Part shown: in pieces, positions 1 through 13,544 of the stretch | How the letters are laid out: each line of letters opens with the position of its first letter | How positions within the stretch are numbered: the first letter of the stretch is position 1 | Origin: Narcine bancroftii | Taxonomy: Eukaryota | Assembly (NCBI RefSeq): GCF_036971445.1 | Contig: NC_091469.1 | Span: 270,196,001 to 270,260,000, forward strand | DNA length: 64,000 nt | Direction: 5' to 3' | Notes under the pieces: model-generated | The model's input: the letters and a program-made list of their open reading frames with translations, nothing else | Told to the model about the DNA's origin: nothing | The model's database searches: none | Made by a program: the position numbers and the translations under genes

Positions 1-2583
1 GAGTTATTAATTCCTCCTCTCCTGGAAGTAATGAACCAGATAGAGGAAAAACAAAACTTGCCAGATTCATGCAAGACAGCAATAATTACAGTAATACCAA
101 AGATGGGGAAGGATCCACTAACACCAGCATCATATACACCAATATCTCTACTTAATTCAGATTATAAGATAATAGCAAAATTATTAGCAAACAGATTGGC
201 CAACTGTGTACCAAAAATAGTAAAACAAGATCAAACTGGATTTATTAAGAAAAGACGAACAGCGGATAACGTCTGTAAATTTATTAATTTAATTCATGCA
301 GTTCAAGGAAATAAGATGTCAACAGTGGCTGTTGCTTTAGATGCAGAAAAAGCCTTTGACAGGGTAGAATGGAATTATTTATTCAAAGTATTACAAAGGT
401 TCTATCTACCAGAAAAAATATTAATTGGATTTAAGCATTATATAATGGACCATTGGCGAAGGTGACAGTAAATGGATATGTATCGAACCAATTTAAATTA
501 AGTAGGTCAACTAGGCAGGGATGTCCACTATCTCCCTCACTGTTCACTTTAGCAATAGAACCATTGGCAGAACCAATAAGAACAGAAAATAAAATAAAAG
601 GGATAAAAATAAAGGAGAAGGAGTATAAAATCAGTTTATTTGCAGATGACATCATAGTATACTTAAAAGAACCAGAAATATCAATAAAAGAGCTACATAA
701 GAAATTGAAGGAATATGGCAAAATATCGGGGTACAAAATCAACGCTAATAAAAGTGAATCGATGCCAATGAGTAATGCGGATTATGCAGAATTTAAAAAA
801 GAATCACCATTTAAATGGCAAACACAAGCAATCCAATAGCTCGGTATTAGATTAGATAATAATTTAAGCCACCTGTACAAATTATCAGCCATTAATGAAG
901 AAATTACAGGAAGACTTAGAATATTGGAAAGAATTACCACTAACACTGATAGGAAGGGTAAATTGCATTAAAATGAATGTCTTCCCAAGGATATAATTCT
1001 TATTTCAATCATTACCAATTCCCTTAACAGAGAAATTCTTCAATGAACTAAAGAGAATAATAAGGAATTTTTATGGAAAGGGAGAAAACCGAGGATAACA
1101 TTAGATAAATTAATAGTGGTACAAACAAAGTGGTTTGCAGTTACCAAACATTAAAAATTATTATAGAGCAGCACAATTAAGGTATTTATCAGATTTTTAT
1201 CAGACAAGGGGAAAACCAGATTGGACTAAGATAGAGCTCGATAAAATAGGGGAGAAGGTACCGGAACATATACTTTATAAGTGGGATGAAAACCTGGTGC
1301 AATATAAAAGCTCACCAGTACTGCATCATTTACTCAATATATGGAAGAAGATTCACTTAGAAAGGTAAAAAACAAATTACCAACTACCAAAATTATTATT
1401 GACACAAAATCAACTAATCCCTTTACAATAGATAATCGTTCCTTTGGAGAATGGGAGAGAAAAGGAATTAAAAGAATAGAAAATTGTTTTTTGGGAAAAA
1501 TTTATTAACATTTGAAAAAATGAAGTACAAATAAGGAATAACTCATGGTACAATGTTTGTATACCATCAACTGAAAACCTACTTAATGGATAAATTGGGA
1601 AACAGACTGAGATTACCAGAAGGAAGCAGCTTTGAATATGTAATTACAGAAACAATGATAATAAAAAGATTTATAATGAACATGTACATCAAACTGCAAG
1701 AGAAGGAAAATGAGGAAATAAACTATAAACCCAAATAGAAGTGGGAAAAAGATTTAAACATAAAGATAAAAAATGAAATATGGAAAAGTTATGCTCTGGA
1801 ACTATGAAGAATATAATAAACACAAGGTTACGCATGATACAGTATAATTGGTTACACAGGCTATATATCACACCCCAAAAGTTAAAAAAAAAATGGGATC
1901 CAACATTATCAGATAGATGCTTTCGCTGTAAGAAAGAAATGGGAACAACAGTACATGCAATTTGGGCATGTGAGAAGGTGAAAAAGTTTTGGGAAGATCT
2001 AAATCGGTATTAAATAAAATCACAAAAAGCAACATACCAAAAAATCCAGAGTTCTTTCTTCTAAGTAATATAAGAAGTAAAGAATTAGGCCTCAAACTGG
2101 ATGATGCGCAAAAAAAAATTATTATGAAAGCCTTAGCTGTAGAAAAAAAATGTATAATTTCAACTTGGAAATCAGAAGAGAGCCTGCAAGTACAGCAATG
2201 GTACATGGAAATGAATAAATATATTCATTGGAAAAAATAAAGTCACATTATTTGAACAAATCTGGGAACCGTACATGGAACATAACAGAGAGGGTTTGCC
2301 TTGGACCTCCACCCCCTAAAATGATAAAATGATAAAAGACAAAATGACTTGATCCAGTGTGTAAAAGTAGATGACACAATTTTCTTGTTTATTTTCATTG
2401 TGTGATGACATTATTTAATATTTTTATTGTATTGTATATGTTGAATGTTTAATGGGTTTGGAGGGGGCTGGGAAGGTTGGGGGGGAAAAAAGGGGAGATA
2501 ATGCCACTGTGTATATTTAAGAGGGAAATGTTTGTATGTATTTTGATTGATATGGTTCACAGTGTGAAAAATATAAAAAAAAT
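1..2583 (+). mobile_element. L1-clade LINE, 3' part of ORF2 (RT to C-terminal Cys motif) plus 3' UTR and A-rich tail; frameshifted
   Basis: ORF fragments contain RT motifs PISLLNSDYKI, LDAEKAFDRVEW, TRQGCPLSP, LFADD and C-terminal CFRCKKEMGTTVHAIWAC. A G-rich 3' UTR tract lies at 2454-2495 and an A-rich end at about 2567-2583. Antisense, in intron 10 of the ZP gene. Confidence 0.9.
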
Positions 2584-2682
2584 CTACAAGGATTCCATCT
2601 GGGATCAACTCATCCATGACAAACCAGTATCAGCTCTCAGCACCCCTCCCGTCATGATTCCAAGTGCAGGGTCCTTACATAC

Positions 2683-2849
2683 CAGTAATTTAGTACCACA
2701 CCCTGAGTAGGGAATGGCTAGCAGCAGATGAGTGTCATTTCCAGTGATGTTACAGGAAGCATCATTGAGCTGCAAGCTTTTGTCTGGCAGATTTGAGACC
2801 AAACTTCTTGGCACAGTCAGAATCATAGCATTGGACAAACACTGCAGAT
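2683..2849 (-). CDS. Uncharacterised ZP-domain gene, coding exon 10 (ZP-N: DLQCLSNAMILTVPRS...LQLNDASC...AIPYSGCGTKLL)
   Basis: tttgcag acceptor and gtatgt donor, 167 nt, phase 1->0. The C..M.L.V / L.D..C / CGT pattern is typical of ZP-N. Confidence 0.88.
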
Positions 2850-3409
2850 CTGCAAATAGAGACAAGTGAGCTATCATGTTATGCTGCAACAAACCTACAC
2901 ATTCATCCACATTGAGCAACCTGAAGTTCCTCTTTCACAAAAGATGCTCTTTCTCAATATAAACTAATTTGGTGTCAGCTGTCAACTTGTGCCATTACAT
3001 CTCCAACTACATGGTGCTGTAAATTTGTCTCCTGTCTCTACCATAAAGCAAAAACTAGCTGAACAATTCAAAAATGTAGTTCACAATCTTTTATCGTCAT
3101 AGATATTTATAGCCAAGAAGAGGCTTTTCAGTTATTTGTGCCCATTGTTGCTCAAGTCAAGCCATGTTATAGTCAGGAAATTCTGAAGAAATTAGTTGAC
3201 ACAACAAATCTTCTGATGAAAGATGGAGAAATATTTGTTTCTTTGTCATTAATAATCTACAAACAAAATTTTTTTTTTCAGAAAACTCATTGGCTGTTTT
3301 ACATTGCAGAAAAATAGGTTTTTGTTCAGGGGAATTTTTGAAATCTTATAAATAATTAATTTCATCCTTTTATTGCCAGCCAGTTTATTAATGCTCTTGA
3401 ACAATCTTG

Positions 3410-5570
3410 TTAGAACCATAGATCATTACAGCACAGAAACAGGCCTTGTTGCCCTTCTAGTCTGTGCCAAAAGTCTCACTGACGCATCCAGTCCATTGCT
3501 CTCTATACCTCTCCCATCCATGTACCTGTCCAAATTCCTTTAAAATGTTAAAAGTGAGCCCACATTCACCACTTCAGCTGGAAACTCGTTCCTCACTGCC
3601 ACCATTCTGTGTGACGTTCCCCCTAACTTTTTCCCCTTTCACTCTTAACCTATATCCTTTGGTTTGTATCTCACCTATTCTCAGTGGCTAAAGCCAATCT
3701 ACATTTACTCTGTCTATCCCCCTCATAATTTTAAATACCTTATAAAATCTCCCCTCATTCTTCTACGCTCCAGGGATTAAAGTCCTAACCTGTTTAACTT
3801 TTCTCTGTAACTCAGTTCCTGAAGTCCAGGCAACATCCTAGTAAATCTCTGCACTCTTTCTATCTTATTGATATCTTCCTATAGTTAGGTGACCAAACCT
3901 GCACACAATACTCAAAATTTGGCTTTACCACTGTCTTATACAACTTTAACATAACATCCTAACTCTTGTACTCAACACTTCGATTTACGAAGGCCAATGT
4001 GCCAAAAACTCTCTTTACAAAACTATCCACCTGTGATGCCACATTCAGGGAATTATGTATCTATATTCCCAGTCCCTTCGGTTCTACCGCACTCCTCAGT
4101 GCCCTATCATTTACCGTGTATGTCCTTTCTTGGTTTGTCCTTCCAAAATGCAGCACCTCACATTTGTCTGCATTAAATTCCATCTTCCATTTTTCAGTCC
4201 ACTTTTCTAGCTGGTCCAGATCCCTCTGCAAGCTTTGAAAACCTTCTTTGCTGTCCACAACACCTCCAATCCTAGTGTATCTGCAAACTTATTGATCCAA
4301 TTTATCATCCTGATCATTGATAGAGGTGACAAACAACAATGGTCCCATCACTGATCCCTGAGGCACGTTACTAGTCATAGGCCTCCAGTCTGAGAAGCAA
4401 TCACCCACCTCTACTCTCTGGCTTCTTCCATCCAGCCATTGTCAAAATTCAGTTCATTATTTCACCATGAATACCTAGCATCTGAACCTTCCTGACTAAC
4501 CATCTATGCGGGACTTTGTCAAAGGCCTTACTAAAGTCCATATAGACAACATACACAGCTTTTCCTTCATCAACTTTCCTAGTAACCTCCTCAAAAAAAA
4601 AGCTCTGCAAGATTGGTTAAACATGACGTACCACGCACAAAGCCATGTTGACTCTCCTTAATCAGTCCCTGACTGTCCAAATAATTGTATATCCGATCTC
4701 TTAGAACACCTTCTAATAATTTATCTACTACTTATGTCAGGTTCACCAGCCTATAATTTACAAGGTTACTTTTGGAGCCTTTTTTAAACAACAGAGCCTC
4801 TGCAATTTCTACACTTGCCTCCCTCAAAGTACGAGGAAATATCTTGTGAAGCCACCCTTATTTGCTTTAAGACAGCAAGCACTTCTTCCTCCATGAGCTC
4901 ACTGGCTGTTTTTCTCACCTCGCCACGACTCTGTGCCCTTTTCCTGAGTGAACACTGATGAAAACAAACATTTAAGGCCTCTCCCATCTTTTTTGGCTCC
5001 CTACAAAGCTGACCACTCTGATCTTCAAGGAGACTGATTTTGTCCTTTGCTATCCTTTTCCTTTTAATATACCTGTCGAAACCCTTAAAAGTTTCCTTCA
5101 TATTTTCTGCCAAAACAACCTCAAGCTTTCCTCATTCTTTCTTGAGGTTTTTCTTGCATATTTTATACTCCTCAAGTACCTCATTTGATCCATGTTGCCT
5201 ACATTTCTCTCTTCTTCTGAACCAGATCCCTCGAAAACCAAGGTTCCCTATGCCTTCTAACCTCGCCTTTAATCCCGACAGGAACATACAAACTCTGAAC
5301 TCTCGAAATTTCACCTTTGAAGGTCCTCCACAGACCTGGCACATCCTTGCCCGAAAACAATTTCTCCCAATCTATGCATTCTAGATCCTTTCTCATTTCC
5401 TCAACCCAAAGCCCAGATCTATCCTTTTCCATAATTCATTTGAAACTAATGGCATTATGATCACTGACCCAAAATGTTTGCCTACACGTATTTCTGTCAC
5501 CTGTCCTGTCTCATTCCCTAATAGGAAATCCAGTATTGCATCCTCTCTTGTTGGTACCTCTCTATATTGA
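3410..5570 (-). mobile_element. CR1-type LINE, decayed, with internal deletions
   Basis: Minus-strand fragments LQRDLDQLEKWTEKWKMEFNADKCEVLHFG and IDWEKLFSGKDV...PWF; CR1-like 3' end near 3410. Confidence 0.85.
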
Positions 5571-6059
5571 TGTTTTGGTAGTCATCTCTTATTTATGACA
5601 AAAAAGCATTTCTGTACAGCATCAACAAATGATAGAGGTACAGAGGAAACAGCAGGACATTTATCAATGAGGGTTGATTTTAAAGAGCATCTTAAAGAAG
5701 GAAAGGTAGAGGCAGTAGGATTTATACAGGAAATGCAAAGTTTTGGGCATAGAGATTGGGAAAGTACCTTTTTATTGTTTAATCTCAATTATTAAATTAA
5801 ACTTTAAAAACTACTAGCAAAATACAATCTGCTGGAGAAACTCCGCAGGTCAAGCAGCATCAATGGCAGTAAAAGAAATGTCAACATTTCAGGTCAGAAT
5901 CTTTCATCAAGTCTAATACTTCTTCAGTCACCCCTCAATCCCCAGATTTTGTTTTGCCCAATACATGTTACTTTGCATCCTGTAATTTTATCACAATATC
6001 TGCATTTTAAAATTGTTATTCTTAAAGTAAAATGTACAATCGAATGGCACAAAATATTT

Positions 6060-6595
6060 AAATTTAATTTTTTTAATTTGGACATACAGCACAGTACAGG
6101 TCCTTTTGGCCCAAGAGTCCGTGCTGCCCAGTTAAACCCAATTGACCTACAACCCCTGGTATGTTTTTTAGAATGGTGGAAGGAAACCAGAGCCCCTGGG
6201 AAAACCAACGCAGACATGAGGAGAACATGTAATGGCATTGATTTACCACAGCTCACAAACAAGTAAAGAACACACTCGCTCATTTCTTTCAGCACACCGT
6301 GAAGTCGACTTTCATTTTTATTATTCACCCGACACAGCATTGCATTCTTCAACACCCCAAACACCATCAAGCTAAACTCCTCTGACCTTTTCACTGGCTC
6401 ACTGCCACACGGATGATCCTGACAGTCTCACTCTCCTCCTCCTGTATTGGAGATCCATCATCCGTATACCGAGGCTTAACACACCTGCCATTCATGCTAT
6501 TACTCCTGCACGTCGCATGGCTTAAATGTACTAACTCCTTGCAGACAGCGCGGGATTTGAACCCCGGTCTCAATCGCTGGTGCTATTTTGCTGTC
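6060..6595 (-). mobile_element. HE1-like tRNA-derived SINE interrupted by a ~300-bp insert (about 6228-6526)
   Basis: Matches other copies in the window (gacatacagcacagt..aggcc...ggaaaacc.acgcagacat..ggagaa..tac.aactcct..cagacagc..gggatttgaaccc). Confidence 0.65.
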
Positions 6596-7525
6596 ACTGC
6601 AGTTTGAACTACCAGTAAAATTCTAATAGTACGGCATTCAATAATTTGGAAATTCTAACGTTGCAGCATTTGGTTCACTCGCTGTTCTGGAATGTTACAA
6701 AGGTATCTAGAGGGAAAGCAAAGTGTGAGGCCAATTTCCAGGGTCTGGAATGTGACTAGGGCCAGGTCTGAGGATTGAACTATGGGCCAGGTTGTTGGCC
6801 AGAGCCGGGAATGGTGTCAGGAATACCGGGGCCAGGAATGTTGGAAGGTTTGCAATTGGAACCAGACTCTTGAGTGCTTGAACATCAGGTTCATTGGGAA
6901 CATTTTATACACGCAAAATAAATAAATAGCTAAATTAAGGCGTGTTTGGGTATTCACAGGAATAACATCCTATACTCCAGAAAACCTACCATAAAGCACT
7001 ACCAAAGCCCCAAAGATCATAACAAAATGTTATTGATGTAATGTTAATGTGCTTATTGGGTTCTTAACCTCCAACAAAGCCCATTCCAAAGTGTATGGTC
7101 AAATGCATGCGAGATAGAGTAACTCAATAACAACACTCCATGTTCGGCCTGTAGAACTCTCTACACATATTTTTACAAGCAGAGAGCATCACAAGACAAC
7201 TTTTTAATAGGTGAGAGCCTTAAAATACCAATTAACATTCACAATCAATACTTCAAACACTGTATTTGATCAGATGCCTCCGGTGAGCAGAAAAATACGA
7301 TCAGCATTCCAATATGTATCACAGCTACATTAAAAATAATTTTTTTTATCATCAATTTGCTCCATATAGATTTGCAGTTATAGCTGCTCAGAGAGACTGG
7401 TAAAATTGTTTTGAATGGAGATTTATTGCACTCTGTTTCTTAAAAGTTCTAAAAAAATACAAGAAAATTATTTTGCAGTCTAAATTTGAGCAGCATTTTT
7501 TTTTGTTTAAGGTGTTCTTTCTTAC

Positions 7526-7561
7526 CTGGGGCTAGTGTTTGTTCTTCAAACAAATGTTCAA
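7526..7561 (-). CDS. ZP-domain gene, coding exon 9 (36-nt linker: IEHLFEEQTLAP)
   Basis: ttttaattgcag acceptor, CCAG|gtaaga donor, phase 1->1; joins exon 8 to the ZP-N exon in frame. Confidence 0.7.
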
Positions 7562-9440
7562 CTGCAATTAAAAGAAAAACAAAAATTAGGTTTATAAACA
7601 ATACTGCTTTCTCCTCATTACATCTTTTGTTCTGAGACATCATCTACCTCCGCCTTAAATACATTCAGTTGCTTAATCTCCACTGCCTATGTGATGGAAA
7701 ATTACACAGGATCAACACCTTGAGTGAAAAAATTCTCATCGCGACCAACATCTGCAGACTGTGACTTCCTATTCTGGACTCTCCGGCCAAAGGAAACATC
7801 TTCCTTGCATCCAGTTTGTCTAATCCTGTCAGAATTTTGTTTCAATGAGATGCCCTTTCACGCATCTAAACTATTGTGATTAAGACCTAGTCAACCAAAT
7901 CTCTTCTCAAGGGATTGTCCTGCCATCCCAGGAATCAGTCTGATAAACCTTCACTGCAATCTAGCAAGGATTTTGGATATCAGAACTTCAATCACAACAT
8001 TTCAGGTGTGGACTCCTCAAGGTCCTGTATATTTGGAGCAAGATATTCTTGGCTTCTGTACTCAAAACCTCTTGTAGTGAAGGTCATGATATAATTTCTT
8101 AACTGCTTGCTACATCAATATTTATGGTGTCAGTAACCGGTGCACAAATACCCCCAGTTCTTGTGCATCAACAATTGCAATCCATTACTATTTAAATAAT
8201 GCTCATTTATTTTTGCTTTAGTCCTATCAGAATGGATCAACATAACATGAAACTGGCGCCTGCATTTGATCACTCACTTAACTTGTCTAAATGTTCTTAT
8301 CAACTCTCAATTCCACCCAGTTCCATGCCATCAGCCAGAAGTAATTCAGTTCACTTCCTCATTGTGAATAGCTGGTCCTGAAGGATCAACTCTTGCGCCG
8401 CCCCCCCCCCCCCCCCCCCCCCACAAAATGTACTGTGAATTCCTACTTTTGATTGGGTGACTGGATGCCATTGGATCAATGACTGGCCCTTATTTGCTAT
8501 TTCAGTGAATGAGGAATGTTCAATTCAGTTATGTAAATACAATTATTAAAATCCTAGCTTATAATTATTGATTCAATTGAAACATTAATTTAAGTTCTAA
8601 TTATCTGACAAAGATTTGTTAATTAGAATTCTGTAGATAAATTTTAAAATATCCTTTCTTGTCTTGAAATTGTTGGTCACTTCATTGGCAATGATTTATT
8701 ATTTGTCTCTTTCATCATTTTACCCTATAAAGGGCATCATATCAAGCAAATACAGAGTTGATTTCCTACCAGTTGAAGCTGTATCTATTATTCCAGTAAT
8801 AACAGAAATCCTTGTTAGATTTTCTCCTTGTTCGTTTAGAGATAAAACCAGTGTCTCAGTACAGACTAAAGATCAACACTAGGGCTTTTCTGATGAATGG
8901 GAACTATGTCAATGGATAGCTTGAGCTTTTCATTGACCAGCCTGCATGAGAATAAATAAAGAGGACAACATGATCTGATGAAGGAACTAATTCAGTTAAG
9001 CAGCATCAGTGGGAAGAATGAATTGTTGACAGTTCCCTGGAACTTTTCAAGGGTTTTGACCCAAAATGGTGAGCATTCTTTTTCGCCCATTGACAATGCT
9101 CAACTTGCAAAGTTCTTCCAACAGATTGCTAGGTTGCCAAGATGCTCAAGGTGCCAAGTTGCCAAGATGCTCAGCTTGGCAAGTTCTTCCAGCAGATTGC
9201 ATTTTGCTCCAGATTCCAGCATCTGCAGTCTCTCATGTGAAAAGGAATTAAATTGCTTCAGAAGGCAAAATATGTTTCCAATTGAAAATTGATCTTATGC
9301 TCATGACTTTAGAAGACTTGACATAAAGACTCTCTCTCCCTATTGCAACAGTTAAAAAAAATACTGAATTCCTTTCTGCATTGGAATGAGGAACAAAGTA
9401 CCAGTACAATTTTTTTTAAAAATGGTTTTACAATACATAC

Positions 9441-9478
9441 TCAGCACAATCCAAATGCATCGTGGTTCTGACTGGAAT
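9441..9478 (-). CDS. ZP-domain gene, coding exon 8 (38 nt: GFQSEPRCIWIVL)
   Basis: ctttcattcag acceptor, gtatgt donor, phase 2->1; continues the exon 7 motif VCF...G.QSE.RC. Confidence 0.8.
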
Positions 9479-10262
9479 CTGAATGAAAGAAAAAATGAAC
9501 AATCAGGAGGTATTATTTTGGAATGACACAGAAACCCCTAAATTTTCTGTCTGACACACAGAGTCCTGATGGAATCTTAATCTTCACTATTGGAAGGTTC
9601 AATCACAAAGAATGCAATTCAAACATGCCTGGTCACCCAACCTCAACTCTAGGAATTTGTGGTTTGAGCTCCATTCCATGCTATTGATAGAATGCTGGAT
9701 ATTTGCAGACTTCAGCCTTTGCATGGATTTGGTGAATCAGCAAATAAGATGGATCGTTGTTTAAATAGCTACTGACGATCCCTTGATATACTTTGCAAAA
9801 GAGAATGGAGTTGGCTTTTCCTGGTTTACTGGCCAACATTTCTCCTCAAACAACCTTACTGAAATAGTGATGTGACATGATCATTGTATTCTAGATAAAA
9901 ACAGGGAAGGGCAGTTTGGATTTGTAGAATGTTTCTTTTCTCTCTGACGTAAAGAGATTTATCTCATCAGACACATTATGGTGGAAGGTGGTGTGGTTGA
10001 GCAGCAGTCACGGTTTCCATTTTCCTTCCATTAGGTTTTCCTAGTATTATTTGTGAAATAAATTACACACTAAATTATAACATTAATCCTCAAAAAGTAA
10101 ACAAGTGTTTAAATTTGAAGACTGAAATTTTAAAAACTCCAAGTTTATCTATAACCCATTATCACATGTAATCAGTGGTAGACCATGTTAAAATTATGAT
10201 TTTCATTTAACACCAAGGAAATCTGATTCTGATAACGACCCCTTGCTTAGGGTAGTTTTTAC

Positions 10263-10421
10263 CCTGAAGAAGTTGTTGAGAGAAAGCACACCGGAACTTG
10301 CTTGGGAGTAGTGTGTGCACCCACTGACCAAGAAACATTCACTGACACAGATTCATCATCCATACTCCAAATATCTGACTTGAGCAATCCATGGGGACCC
10401 ACGACTGTGAAGGTAGTGATC
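10263..10421 (-). CDS. ZP-domain gene, coding exon 7 (RITTFTVVGPHG...VSWSV...PVCFLSTTSS)
   Basis: ctatttttgacag acceptor, gtaaaa donor, 159 nt, phase 2->2, open frame. Confidence 0.85.
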
Positions 10422-11191
10422 CTGTCAAAAATAGAGAGGAGAAAAGCAGAATTAATTATTTCTCAACTTTCATGTTTTTAATTTTTTGCCATTGTTAGTG
10501 TGGTTAAAGTGAAGCTTTTTAAGTGATGAGATTATTATCATAGTATATTGATAATGGTAAACATAAGAGATGACACCTTAACCTATGCTACAGAAGGGCA
10601 GTTGTTAACTGAACACATTCTGGATGTAATGCTATTGATGGAGCAAATGGCCTTTCAGCATACCTTTTTTTAAGTTCTAAATTGTTCAGTGAATTTTACA
10701 AACCACCAATAATACATTTAGTGTAAATTATATGACATAACTGAGAAACTTAATCATACACAAATATTTTCATTTTAAAAAAAAGTGTTTCACCAATAGG
10801 CAAGACTTTTATTCAATATGAAACTGTGCCAAAGAGAACAGAATAAATATAAATCCAGTCTCAAACACGTTAATTTAATTGTCCTCAGCATGTGCAGTTA
10901 AAAACATTCAAGATCATTGGTGTTGGACTCGAATGGATATCTCTTGGATTGCTCTATCCACAGGATTCAATTTATACACTGTGAGAAAAGAGAATTAGTG
11001 TGAAACACATCGAGGATGGCATCATCAATAAAATTCTTAACTAGATCAATTATGTATAGGCTCGACTGAGAAATATGTGTCAGTTTAACCGAGGTCTCTT
11101 TAACTCTGAAAGTAAAATTTTGAGTAGGTGGCACTTTTTATTCAGGTGAAAAATCTATATCATTAGTAGTATTCCAGTGTAAAAGAGATAC

Positions 11192-11333
11192 CTTTCATTT
11201 AAGCTGAAGGCATTTATTGTAAAGTTAATCTCATCATAATTTGAAGCATATATTCTTGCTCCATTGGGAGGTGTTGGATGAACAAATGTAGGCCGAAATA
11301 TTCCAAATGCACATTCTGATATAGCCTTTTCCA
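11192..11333 (-). CDS. ZP-domain gene, coding exon 6 (VEKAISECAFGIFRPTFVHPTPPNG...AFSLNE)
   Basis: cttttgcag acceptor, AG|gtatct donor, 142 nt, phase 1->2. Confidence 0.85.
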
Positions 11334-12624
11334 CTGCAAAAGATGGGAAGATAGTTCAACAGATGCACAGAATGTATTACAATATAAAGTGGATGCCTCA
11401 ATATCTCTAATCATTGCACCTGGTTTCCTACCCCCGACACAATATTGTAGTGATAGAATGCTACCACCAGGAGGAGTCAGAGATGGAGTGTGTAGCCTTT
11501 GGGAAAGGTGTTTCATCTTGGGTAAATCAGGATGGATGCCTCCACACGAGGTCTGGCATACGTATGTTGTTTCTTAGTGCTGTTTGCTAGTTAATAAATG
11601 TAGTGTTTAAAAAAAAGCATCAAATATGATGCTCAAAGAATTCTGTAAACTCTAGTGAGTACTGTCATCCTTAACCATTGAACTTTCCTCTTCACTCCTT
11701 TAATAGCAAGTGACAACTTTGTGTATTACAGAAAGACAAGGAGCTCACACATCTGTATAATCTGTCATGTCCAGCCTTTCTTTCTCCAGCTCTCAATCCA
11801 CATTACCAAATATAGAGTACCAAATTATTAACATAAAACTTAATAGGGATAATGCCTCTAAGTAACTGCTGTTGTAGTTGCAATACTACATTGTATTTTA
11901 ATGACCAAGAGCTCAGTTTCAACACCCTCTGATTGCTTCTAAAGATAAATTTACCTCAATTGCACCCAATCTTGCATCATGACTCCCTGTGGATGCCAGA
12001 TCACTTTCATGATGTCCCCTTGGAAGTCATATAGTCATTTTTTTTCCTCAAGTATTCCCTTTCTGGGTCATCTCCAAGCCATTACCATTTTCAGTCTGGC
12101 TTGCCTCACTCTAGTTACATTACATTGGGATGACATGAAGTTCATGTTGCTGCAACATCCTCTACGGGTTCTTCAGCACTTTTCAACTACTGACAATTTG
12201 CAATGCAACCTTCTCTTAAAACGTTCAGCATAATGTGCCCAGAATCAATAATCGTGTGAAAAATAAGAAACAGGTAGATATTCAGATCATCCCCAGAACT
12301 TGGGCATTTTTACATTCTCTGATATCCTTTCAACATTTCCTTGTTACCACAACCTGTGCTGAGCTTTTTTTTTTAAAAATTAGACATACTTCTGTACTAC
12401 CAAACAACCACAATCAGATAGAGAATCATAATTAATAGGCTTTAATCACCTTAGTGTCAGCACAGTTTGTATGTTGCTGACCTGGTTCCAAGGCAAGGTA
12501 CTGAGTGAGGGGTTTGGGCATAACAGCCTTTATGGGGATATCTGGGAGGGGAGTCACAGGTCCAGGGGGTGGGACAGGCCTTACAGTATATACATACATC
12601 TATATACATAGTGGTAGCACCAAA

Positions 12625-12845
12625 ACTTCAGGATAACAGGCCCTTCCAGCCCATGAGTCCGTGGTGCCCAGACACCCTAATTAACTGACAACCCCCTTAT
12701 GTTTTAAAAGGTGAGAGGAAAGCAGAGCACCCAAAGAAAACCCATCCAGACATGGGGAGAACTGTCCAAAATCCTTAACAGCACCAGTGACCCGGGTACG
12801 AACCTGGTGCTGTTATAGTGTTGGGCTAACTGCTATGCTAACCTG
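12625..12845 (-). mobile_element. HE1-like SINE
   Basis: Shares the aacaggccc...ggaaa.cagagcaccc..agaaaaccca..cagacatggggagaac core with other copies. Confidence 0.6.
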
Positions 12846-13544
12846 TGTTACCCAATCGTGCTTCTCTCCTTGTTTGTAGACTCTTGTAACGGCTCTGAAA
12901 AACCGGTGAATGGACTCTCTCGTGCTGACCAATCAGATTTCAGACCTCCTTCAAACCTCTTGTCATCATTATGAGTAATCCCACTGTTCTGAGAAGGCAA
13001 AGTCATACCAAATGATGTCTTTGCCTCAGCTGCTCATATAATGCTCTGCCCTCCACTGACCTTGGAATGCCTTTTGCTCTGAACAATTCCTCCTGGTCTA
13101 ACATCTGACCAGCTTGTTTCATTGCCACACCACTGTGTTTCTTAACCTCATGGTTGCTTCAGATATTAATACCTTCAAATACCTAGTATTATCTTGCCAT
13201 TGTGATGCAATCTGTGCTATTTTTAAACTTTGCCTATTCACCTTTACTGGGAGTGCATACCCTGTCACAACTGTAGCACCATCTGAATTGGGCATTCTAA
13301 ATGCAGGTGGCTTCTATAACATCCAGACCCAAGCATGTTTCCTTTGTGACTGACTGCTTTCCGGATGGGCCCACTAGTAACAGTTGTGTGACTCATGGCT
13401 GCTGTAAGCATTTTTGTGGGCTTGCTCCCCATTGGCATCTCAAAATCACTGTCTCACAGCTTTCACTAATGAATTTAGTTTATTGTCACGTGCTCTGAGA
13501 TACAGTGAGAATCTTAGTTTTGTGTACTATCCAGAAAATTTAAA

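Noticed and set aside
8401-8422. Long poly-C/poly-G runs (also about 35858 and 38664)
   Set aside because: Simple homopolymers of uncertain length; no functional inference possible.
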